A DNA stretch of 64,000 nt from the IMG/VR virus record IMGVR_UViG_3300031555_001748, positions 11,376 through 75,375 of that record. One strand, 5' to 3'. Numbering within the stretch: the first letter of the stretch is position 1; each line of letters starts with the position of its first letter. Source of the stretch: a virus. Its lineage: Duplodnaviria; Caudoviricetes. The notes beneath the pieces were generated by a model. The model searched no databases and was not told the DNA's origin. It was given only the letters and a program-made list of their open reading frames with translations. Shown piece after piece: positions 52,809 through 60,850 of this stretch. The translations under genes were made by a program, and so were the position numbers.

Positions 52809-53681
52809 GTGCATAATATGAACAAGGCAGACAATTATATCAAGGAGCAGATTGAAAGAATCTTAGCATATGGTTACAAAGACGAGAATCCTCGTCCTAA
52901 ATATGCAGACGGTTCTCCTGCATTTACATATTCTATCAATGGCAATTTTAGAAGCTATGATTTATCTAAGGGTGAGTTCCCAATTACAACACTCAGACCT
53001 ATTGCATGGAAGAGTGCAATTAAGGAAGTCCTCTGGATTTATCAAGACCAAAGTAATGATTTAAATATGCTCAGAGATAAGTACGGTGTTAACTATTGGA
53101 ATGAATGGGAGTCCAAAGACATCCCTAACACAATTGGAGTTCGTTATGGAGAAATTGTTCGTAGACATAAACTGATGGACAGACTGCTTGATGGTCTAAT
53201 TAACGACCCATTTGGTCGCAGACATATTATTGACCTATACCAGTACACAGATATGAACGAATCCGATGGTTTGAATCCCTGTGCCTTTTGTACGATTTGG
53301 AATGTAAGAGATGGCGTGGATGGCAAGTATCTAGACTTGTCTTTGATTCAGAGAAGCGGAGACCTAATGGCAGCTTCTTGTTCTGGCGTTAATGAAGTGC
53401 AGTATGCGGCATTACTTATGATGGTGGCTAGACATTGCGGTTATAAGGCTGGAGTACTTTATCACTATGTTGCTAACGAGCAAATTTATACAAAGCATGA
53501 AGAGTCAGCGAAAGAATTGTTAAATAGATATTTAATTCTTGAGAACAAAGAATGTCCATCTAAACCAATGCTAGTTATTAATTCTGACAAAACTAATTTC
53601 TATGATTTTGCCATAGATGATTTTACAATGGAAAATTACGAACCAATGAAACCGCAAATCAAATTTGAATTGGGCATATAA
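52809..53681 (+). CDS. thyA: Thymidylate synthase (likely start 52818)
   Basis: FP..TLR, E..WI, RRHI, LNPC (catalytic Cys), QRSGD, GVN (dUMP-specificity Asn retained), IY..H. Confidence 0.95.
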   Translation: MHNMNKADNYIKEQIERILAYGYKDENPRPKYADGSPAFTYSINGNFRSYDLSKGEFPITTLRPIAWKSAIKEVLWIYQDQSNDLNMLRDKYGVNYWNEWESKDIPNTIGVRYGEIVRRHKLMDRLLDGLINDPFGRRHIIDLYQYTDMNESDGLNPCAFCTIWNVRDGVDGKYLDLSLIQRSGDLMAASCSGVNEVQYAALLMMVARHCGYKAGVLYHYVANEQIYTKHEESAKELLNRYLILENKECPSKPMLVINSDKTNFYDFAIDDFTMENYEPMKPQIKFELGI

Positions 53682-53683
53682 AT

Positions 53684-54418
53684 ATGGGTAGACAAAAAGT
53701 TAATTTAATTGGTAAAACATTTACACGTTTGAATGTAATAGATGTTGACGAAATTAAAACAACTCAGAAAAAGAGAACCTACTATTTCTGTCAATGCGAA
53801 TGCGGTAACACAGTATCCGTCATGTCATCGCAACTACTTAATGGTCACACAAAATCTTGTGGTTGCTTACAAAAAGAAAGCGTCAGAAAACTAAATCAAA
53901 ATAAAAAGAAATATAACCAATATGATTTGACATCGCAACAATTCGGAATTTGTTATGCAAGTAACACTAAAGAAGAAATTCTGTTTGATAAAGAAGATTA
54001 CGAACTTATAAAAGACTATTGTTGGAGAATTGACGCTTATGGATATGTAGTCACCAGCGTTAAAAATGAATCAAGTGGCAAATATAATAAAATTATTAAA
54101 TTGCATCAACTATTATCACCATGTTTGAATAATTATGTTATAGACCATAAAAATGGAAATAAACTTGACAATCAAAAACATAACCTAAGAATATGCCTTC
54201 AAAGTGATAATACAAAAAATCATATAACGTACAAAACAAGTACAACAGATGTTAGTGGTGTTACTTGGAATAAAGAAAAACAAAATTGGAGAGTTCGAAT
54301 AGGGAAAGATATAAGTGTAGGCTCTTTTGTTAATTTTGACGACGCTGTAAATGCAAGAAAGAAAGCGGAAGAAAAATACTTTGGAGAATACAGTTATGAT
54401 AATAGTAGGCAAGATTGA
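53684..54418 (+). CDS. Free-standing HNH homing endonuclease with AP2-like C-terminus
   Basis: YFCQCECG...L.NG.TKSCGC; IDHKNGNKLDNQKHNLR; GV.W......W...I. Confidence 0.9.
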   Translation: MGRQKVNLIGKTFTRLNVIDVDEIKTTQKKRTYYFCQCECGNTVSVMSSQLLNGHTKSCGCLQKESVRKLNQNKKKYNQYDLTSQQFGICYASNTKEEILFDKEDYELIKDYCWRIDAYGYVVTSVKNESSGKYNKIIKLHQLLSPCLNNYVIDHKNGNKLDNQKHNLRICLQSDNTKNHITYKTSTTDVSGVTWNKEKQNWRVRIGKDISVGSFVNFDDAVNARKKAEEKYFGEYSYDNSRQD

Positions 54419-54644
54419 GAGGGTGGCTAAGATGGCTATTTTAATGACTGTAAAAGAACTAATGTCACGCATTGAAGACAATGATTCTAAATGGGTGACT
54501 TTGGTTACGGCATGTTCTGGACATGAAGTATATAATAATTGGTATTTTAATTGTCCGTATGAAATGAAGGAATGTGATGTAACCTCTATTAAGATTGAAG
54601 AGAAAGACCATATTGTTTTATATGTTTTATAAGAGGTGTAAATT

Positions 54645-55178
54645 ATGATTGTATTGGTGGGAGAATCGGCATCTGGTAAATCCAGCATTGAAAAGTATCT
54701 TGTAGATAATTACGGATACAATAAAGTTGTGTCATATACGACTAGAAGCCCAAGACCAAATGAAGTTGATGGTGTAGATTATCATTTTATTAGTGTAGAA
54801 GAATTTAAATCTTTAAAAGAGCAAGGCTTCTTTGCTGAGACAGCAATATATAATGAATGGAATTATGGCACTGCAAAAGAAGATTGTACAGATGACAAAG
54901 TTGCAGTTCTTACTCCACATGGACTTCGACAGATTTCTAAGATTAACGGTATTAATGTAATTTCATTTTATATCAATGTTCCTCGAAGAGATAGACTTAT
55001 TAAAATCCTTCAGCGTGGAGACAATATAGAGGAAGCTTATCGAAGAAGTCTATCCGATGTCGGTCAGTTCGATGGAATTGAAGATGAAGTTGATTATGTA
55101 ATTTATAATGATGGATATAAATATTCGGTTAAGCAAATGACCGAAACTGTTTACAACATAGTTAATCCAGCTTTTTAA
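54645..55178 (+). CDS. gmk: Guanylate kinase
   Basis: GESASGKS, SYTTR.PR..EVDGVDYHF, YGT. Confidence 0.92.
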   Translation: MIVLVGESASGKSSIEKYLVDNYGYNKVVSYTTRSPRPNEVDGVDYHFISVEEFKSLKEQGFFAETAIYNEWNYGTAKEDCTDDKVAVLTPHGLRQISKINGINVISFYINVPRRDRLIKILQRGDNIEEAYRRSLSDVGQFDGIEDEVDYVIYNDGYKYSVKQMTETVYNIVNPAF

Positions 55179-55996
55179 TTAAAAATAACTAATAATGTTA
55201 TACGGTTAATGTTTGTATTTATGGACATTAACACCGTTTTAGTCCATTTTATTGGACAGAATAAAACTGAGATTTTAAGAGGTGAAATAGATATGACAGT
55301 TTATAAATATGGATTATCAAATACAATAGAAGCAATTGAGGAAGCTTTGGAAAATGCTTTGAATACAAAAAATAAAAGCGAGAAAGCAAGATATATTGGC
55401 GAAGCATATGGAATGGTTAAAGCAATTGATTTTATCTTTGACGATAAAAGCGACGAAGAATCTGAAGAGACTTAAATTTTAAGAGGTAATTATGGGATAT
55501 TGTAAATACAAATTGCCATGTGGTAAATGCGAAAGATATGACAGGGATTGTGATGCTCCGAAATATAACGATTCAAAAGAATGCGAACACGACTGGGAGC
55601 CGATGGATTTTGAGTTTAATAAAGATGCTTTAAGTTTTCACTGCGTTTGTCGTAAGTGCAATACGACAGAAATATTGCCTATGGATTATTTCTTAAACAA
55701 AGTAAATAATGTTGCTGATATTACGAATGAAATATTTAGAACTTAAACTTTAAGTGGAGATTATATTATGGGTTATATTATAACATTTATGATTGGCTTT
55801 ATTGTTGGCGCTTCTGTTATGGCAGTCCTCGCAGTTAGTGGAGCTGCTGATAGGGAGCAAGAGGCGTATAATGCAGGATATAGCGAAGGATATAATAAGA
55901 GTATTAAAAAGGATAATGATGTCAATAACGCATAAAATTTTAAGTCGCTGGATACAATAATGTTAGACATCAGGACTGCTTGTACACCAACGTAAA

Positions 55997-56029
55997 AAAA
56001 GACCTTGTAGAAAAACTACAAGGTCTTTT
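55997..56029. terminator. Bidirectional intrinsic terminator ending the + strand arm
   Basis: AAAAGACCTTGTAG-AAAAA-CTACAAGGTCTTTT. Confidence 0.9.
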
Positions 56030-56099
56030 CCATTTGGAAGTTTTATTTACTGCAACTATTATTATACTAGCATAGCAACATGATAAAGAAAAGAAATTT

Positions 56100-56471
56100 T
56101 TAATCTTGTTTCTTAAATTCCTTTTCAAATTGCTCAAATGCTTTGTAGATGTCTTCTGCTGAGAACATACTGCCAATTTCATGACCAGAAGCACTTTCAA
56201 TTCTAATTCCTCTTGCTTTAAAATATTTATAAGTTTTTACAAACGCAATTTGTTTGCGACTAATTCTTGAAAAATTTGCAACTAATAAAACATCGCAAAG
56301 TTTAACATCTTCAATATATCTTGTGACATATACAACTTCGTATCCTCTGTCGGTAGCATATGCTCGACACTTCATTTCTTGCTCTGCTTCGTTTGCTCCA
56401 CGAACATAAATCGCAGCTCTTTCTGGTCTACCTCTTCTAATATAATGTGCGACTTTAATTTGGTCTTTCAT
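56100..56471 (-). CDS. Serine-recombinase catalytic-domain-only protein lacking the catalytic Ser
   Basis: AAIYVRG(A), EQ...CRAYA...GYEVV, DVLLV.NFSRISR, GIRIES; start MKDQ at 56471. Confidence 0.6.
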   Translation of the reverse strand: MKDQIKVAHYIRRGRPERAAIYVRGANEAEQEMKCRAYATDRGYEVVYVTRYIEDVKLCDVLLVANFSRISRKQIAFVKTYKYFKARGIRIESASGHEIGSMFSAEDIYKAFEQFEKEFKKQD

Positions 56472-56484
56472 GATGCTGCATCTC

Positions 56485-56727
56485 CTATTCAAGTGTTTTG
56501 ACAAACTCAAAATATTCTTTCATTGTCATTTCTTTGTACATCTTTTTATATTGTACAAATTTATCAGCATCATATCTCTTCTCCAAAAGAGTACTTAAAA
56601 TTTCTTCCATTGCCTCTTTAACTTCTTCAATCTCAAATTCTGTTGCAACTGTTTGAAACAGACTTTCTAAATGGGCATATCTTTTGGCAAGGTCAAACAA
56701 CTCTTTATCACTCTTCATGAATCTCAC
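56485..56727 (-). CDS. Small helical hypothetical protein in the integrase module
   Basis: ORF with SD (CAGGTAGGTGAG) upstream. Confidence 0.6.
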   Translation of the reverse strand: MRFMKSDKELFDLAKRYAHLESLFQTVATEFEIEEVKEAMEEILSTLLEKRYDADKFVQYKKMYKEMTMKEYFEFVKTLE

Positions 56728-56848
56728 CTACCTGAAAGTTTAATATGTTACAAAGTTACCACAAAGCATCGTGCCTTGTGATAACTTTGCCCAAAATATT
56801 TTCACTTCCTTTTACGCCTTGATGTGCTATAATCATTGTTAAACTAAA

Positions 56849-58492
56849 TCAATCTAGTCTGCCGTGAATATTCTTTTTACGAGGGAAAGTTCGTACAAGT
56901 TTGACGGTTGATAAGCGGTGTAGCACCCCAGTAAAATTCCCGTTATAACCTCTATCCATACGACTAAACGGCGTATGGATATGAACGGTCACTTTCTCTC
57001 TGCTCACATCAACCCTTTCTACAAAGGTGTTAATCATGATTCTTTTAAATTCATCATCAGCTTTGTCATAATCATTCTGAACATCTTCAACATATTGAAC
57101 AATGAACTCTTTAATATCTTCTGGCGTGATATCCTCAGCCTCGAAGATATTTTTTCTTTTTTCTAACTCGTCTTCAATCTGATATCTTCGTCTTGCTAAC
57201 TCTCCATTTTTCTCATCAAGTGATTCTTTTGTCATATTACCATCAACATATAAATCTCTTAGTCTTTCTTGTTTCTTGTCGATTTGAGCTAATTCTTTTT
57301 TGAGTTGTGCAGTGGTTACAACTGGCGTATTTCTCATTGCCATAATCTCTTCAAAAGCTACTTGGGCAATTTGCTCAATTTGTTTTTCATCCATGACAAC
57401 ATTTAAAACTGTTTGTAAAACTCTTGGCTCAACCCAATCTTTGTTAAGAGCTGGATTTTTACAGCCATTTTTTTGTTTTACTTTGCCGACACATTGATAA
57501 TAGTAATTTAATTTACCATTCTTATTTTTGTGTCCATTTGAACGCTTAGAACCATTTGCACAAATCTTGCTGCCACATTCTTCACAGTAAGTTCTGCCTG
57601 TTAGATAATAGAAGCGTTTTTGTGTTCGTTGTCTGGCTTGAGCCTTTTCACTGGCATCCTTACATAGCTCTTGTACTGTGTGCCAAAGTTGCTTATCAAT
57701 TGGAGGGTCTTTAATAATCCCATCAAGACGAACTGTTTCTTTTTTGTCTATTGTATAAACATAGTTGCCAATATACTTCTCATTTCTTAAAAGGTCGTAG
57801 AGTGTACGAGTATTAAATGGCTTACCACGCTGGTTGCGATATCCTTCTTTATTTAATCTTTCGCAAATCTCTGTTTTAGGATACCCTTGCACATACTCAT
57901 CGAAAATGCGTTTGACAATCTTGGCATTCTCATTCGGTACATAATATCCATCTTTGTCAAGAGAATATCCGAATAAAACTTGACCACCAGCATGTTTACC
58001 TTTTAATGCGTTTTCTCTAAGACCTTTCCTTACTTCGGCAGCAAGGTTGGCAGAGTAATATTGGTCAATGGTTTCAAGGAAACCTTCTAACAGTTCACCC
58101 TCTGGTGTATCATCAATCTTTTGAGATACAGAAACAACTTTAACATCTATATCTCTTAGTTTCTTCTTATACAACGCACTATCAAATTTATTCCTAGCAA
58201 AACGATTAAACTTATGAACCAAAACATAATCAGCTTGAATATGACCTTTCAATAACTTGTTAATCATATTCTGGAAATCTTCACGGTCATCTGTTTTACC
58301 ACTTTGCGCTTCATCTGTAAACTCTGCTACCAACTCAATATTCTCTCTTTCACAATACTCACGGATTGCCCTTAACTGAGCGTCAATACTTTCTTCACGC
58401 TGATTGTTAGAAGAGAAACGAGCATAAGCAACTGCAACTTTCCTTCGATTTTCCCTTACTATCGTTCTTGTCATACTTGCCATTGGATACAC
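56849..58492 (-). CDS. Large serine recombinase (integrase; likely start 58483)
   Basis: YARFSS, FNRFAR, recombinase domain (GG...FGY), Zn ribbon CEECG...YYQC...C, coiled coil, F.ERV.V. Confidence 0.95.
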   Translation of the reverse strand: MYPMASMTRTIVRENRRKVAVAYARFSSNNQREESIDAQLRAIREYCERENIELVAEFTDEAQSGKTDDREDFQNMINKLLKGHIQADYVLVHKFNRFARNKFDSALYKKKLRDIDVKVVSVSQKIDDTPEGELLEGFLETIDQYYSANLAAEVRKGLRENALKGKHAGGQVLFGYSLDKDGYYVPNENAKIVKRIFDEYVQGYPKTEICERLNKEGYRNQRGKPFNTRTLYDLLRNEKYIGNYVYTIDKKETVRLDGIIKDPPIDKQLWHTVQELCKDASEKAQARQRTQKRFYYLTGRTYCEECGSKICANGSKRSNGHKNKNGKLNYYYQCVGKVKQKNGCKNPALNKDWVEPRVLQTVLNVVMDEKQIEQIAQVAFEEIMAMRNTPVVTTAQLKKELAQIDKKQERLRDLYVDGNMTKESLDEKNGELARRRYQIEDELEKRKNIFEAEDITPEDIKEFIVQYVEDVQNDYDKADDEFKRIMINTFVERVDVSREKVTVHIHTPFSRMDRGYNGNFTGVLHRLSTVKLVRTFPRKKNIHGRLD

Positions 58493-58715
58493 TTCCTTAG
58501 ATGATTTATTTGGTATGGTGAAACAAATAGTTATACTCCATAAATCACCTCTTTTCTTATAACCTTTTTAATTATTGTCATAAGTTAACACCACCTCCTC
58601 TTAAATACATATTAACATAATATTAAGAATAAGTGAAATAAAATGATTCTATTTGCCTATTGACTTAAAAATATAGTCTTTCTCTTGACTATAAAATTGT
58701 TATTTTAATATACTA

Positions 58716-58910
58716 ATGGTAGAGGATGTAGGTTTACATAATTCCCAGATAACAAATAAAGTTATAAAAAATAAGAGAGGTAAACAAATGAGAAAAGAAC
58801 GGGAGATAACAATTAAAGTTATAGAAAATAACAAGATAAATAATAATAGATTGGCAGAGTTCTTTGCAAGAAAATATAGTGAAAAGATAAAGATAAATAA
58901 AAAATCGTAA
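58716..58910 (+). CDS. Small basic peptide divergent from the integrase (likely start 58788, MRKEREI...)
   Basis: SD GAGAGGT before ATG 58788; TTGACT-18-TATACT promoter at 58685. Confidence 0.5.
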   Translation: MVEDVGLHNSQITNKVIKNKRGKQMRKEREITIKVIENNKINNNRLAEFFARKYSEKIKINKKS

Positions 58911-58915
58911 AAAAA

Positions 58916-58939
58916 AGGGTGGTATAATTTAACCACCCT
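58916..58939. terminator. Bidirectional terminator between the integrase module and the tail genes
   Basis: GGGTGGT/ACCACCC stem with an A-tract before and a T-tract after. Confidence 0.8.
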
Positions 58940-58970
58940 AAATTTTTTATAATTCAAATAACCTTATGTC

Positions 58971-59567
58971 TTAAGACAGAGTTATTGTTCCATCCCAATA
59001 TATTCCAGTAGTATCGTTATTAACAACATTTGTAGTAACATCAAAAACAGCAGTAACTACAAATCCACTACTATTTAATACAACAGAATAACTCGTCGGT
59101 TTAACAAATGTACTTGCGGCAGAACCATGCGTATAGTTACCATCTTGTCTTAGCACAAAACCCTGACCGCTCGTAACAGTTACACTTGGAGAACCAATTA
59201 CAGGTTTAGGCACATGAATTGTAAATACGACATTTTTTCCGCTATTTGTTACATAGCCAGATGTTCTAACCGCAGCGTTCCCTGTAAAGTTAATAACATC
59301 ACCAGCTCTATAATATAGACGAAAATTTGCATCGGCAGAAGCAACATAATGAGCTATATCGTTGCCATATATATGTGTATTTCCATTTTTATTTTTATAT
59401 CCATCATAGCCAACGATTGTATTTCCGTAAGTGCTCATATGAATCATTCTTGTTACTTCACCAGTTTCAGGGTGAATACTCTGTACACCCTTTTCATTAG
59501 TTTTTAAAACTATCTCGCCAGCAATCTCTAAATTGCCATCAATTGTGCTATCTCTTAATTGAGCCAT
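58971..59567 (-). CDS. Tail-associated protein
   Basis: MAQLRDSTIDGNL start; TSGYVT...K...FTI..PK beta-rich C-terminus; tail context. Confidence 0.55.
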   Translation of the reverse strand: MAQLRDSTIDGNLEIAGEIVLKTNEKGVQSIHPETGEVTRMIHMSTYGNTIVGYDGYKNKNGNTHIYGNDIAHYVASADANFRLYYRAGDVINFTGNAAVRTSGYVTNSGKNVVFTIHVPKPVIGSPSVTVTSGQGFVLRQDGNYTHGSAASTFVKPTSYSVVLNSSGFVVTAVFDVTTNVVNNDTTGIYWDGTITLS

Positions 59568-59595
59568 TATGATTCACCCCTTCATTTTAAAACAT

Positions 59596-60387
59596 TTAAG
59601 ACCAAACCTTTGTAATGTTTGCAGAAGGATGATAGCCATGACCAGAAGTACCAACTGCAACAAATATAATGTAATATTCTCCAGTTAAAGAAGACACATC
59701 TAGTTCGACAGTCTTGGTGCCTACTGTTGCAACTACTTCACTTGCATCATTTTTAGCTACATTTGTCGTGCTACAAGCACTAAAATATACTGTACCAGCA
59801 GAAGTAACTTCCAAGTCCGCATAAATTTTAGATATATTATCAAGTTTGATTTTATTGACAGTGCCAACAATAGAAACATAGCTTATTTGACTTGTATTAT
59901 CCGAATAATCACCTGTAACCGTCATTTGAGTGTCAGATATAGTAGAAGCAACTATTGGGTCGCTGTAATGTGTCCAACCTTCATTCGTCCAACCACCAGT
60001 GATTCCAACACATTGGTCTCCATTATCAAAAAATACACCATTAAACCAATCAACCCACGCACCGTCTTGACAGCTCATTGATGCTTTCTCTACCCATGCA
60101 CCATCAATATATTGATATGTTTTTAATGGATAAACCCTAATACAATTCTTCTTTAAAATATTAAACGAAACATCGCTAGTAGTTCCTGTGAGAATCCAAA
60201 CCATACCCTCAACAGGCTCTTCTGGTTCTTCTGCCGACATAGCCCAACTAGTGATTGGCGTATCAGTAATAACTGCAATTGTATTTTCTTTTGAAATTTC
60301 TGGAACAGCGTCTTCAGAAGGGTAGGCAACAATTGAAAAATTAATACCAGCATTGCTACCGCAACCTGTAACCATATTAAAAATCAT
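59596..60387 (-). CDS. Tail fibre / receptor-binding-like protein
   Basis: P..P.EG.VW motif; C-terminal beta-domain paralogous to 62781-63377. Confidence 0.6.
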   Translation of the reverse strand: MIFNMVTGCGSNAGINFSIVAYPSEDAVPEISKENTIAVITDTPITSWAMSAEEPEEPVEGMVWILTGTTSDVSFNILKKNCIRVYPLKTYQYIDGAWVEKASMSCQDGAWVDWFNGVFFDNGDQCVGITGGWTNEGWTHYSDPIVASTISDTQMTVTGDYSDNTSQISYVSIVGTVNKIKLDNISKIYADLEVTSAGTVYFSACSTTNVAKNDASEVVATVGTKTVELDVSSLTGEYYIIFVAVGTSGHGYHPSANITKVWS

Positions 60388-60399
60388 ACATTCTCCCCC

Positions 60400-60837
60400 T
60401 TATGAAAGTACCGCCACATTGACAGTAAGTGTGATACTTGGAACTTCGCTACATAAGAAGGTTAAAATCCCTTCGTCTTGTGCGATGCAACGAACATTAC
60501 ATTCAGTATAAGATGAATAGTTATCTGTCTCAGAATCTGGGCTTATGATAACCATATTTTTGATATCATTTGCTGGCACAATACTTGCACTAACAATCTG
60601 CTGATTATCAGTCCATCCATCTGGAAGCAGTTGAACAGTCATGCTATCCATTGTTATGGCTCCAAGATTTATACGGGCTTCATTAGCTGTTGTCGCCCCT
60701 GTGCCACCATTTGCAACACCAAAAACAACATCTTCTTTATTTATTTGCTTTATAGCGTTGTTTTGATTTATGAAAAAAGATTCATTGCTATTTAATGAAT
60801 CTACAAAGTCAACGTCTGTTATTCTTTTATTTGCCAT
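60400..60837 (-). CDS. Tail fibre protein fragment
   Basis: VANGGTGATTA.EAR.NLG; W...QQ.V..; .AQ..G.LTF.C..VP...L.V. Confidence 0.65.
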   Translation of the reverse strand: MANKRITDVDFVDSLNSNESFFINQNNAIKQINKEDVVFGVANGGTGATTANEARINLGAITMDSMTVQLLPDGWTDNQQIVSASIVPANDIKNMVIISPDSETDNYSSYTECNVRCIAQDEGILTFLCSEVPSITLTVNVAVLS

Positions 60838-60850
60838 CTGTATACCTCCC

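Noticed and set aside
1746-54688. Opposite-strand or alternate-frame ORFs overlapping real genes or tRNAs (e.g. 1746-2075, 7311-7946, 26452-26931, 48587-48853, 49827-50198, 54185-54688)
   Set aside because: No SD and no recognisable motifs; they are shadows of + strand genes.
15543-55475. N-terminal extensions such as MTHKNEVLSGEI (15543), MEITIKTNILRGKV (35110), MLADKIKVLRGKF (36253) and ...NKTEILRGEID (55209)
   Set aside because: These are read-through of the boundary site (hence the recurring 'ILRG/VLRG'); the true starts follow the AGAGGT SD.
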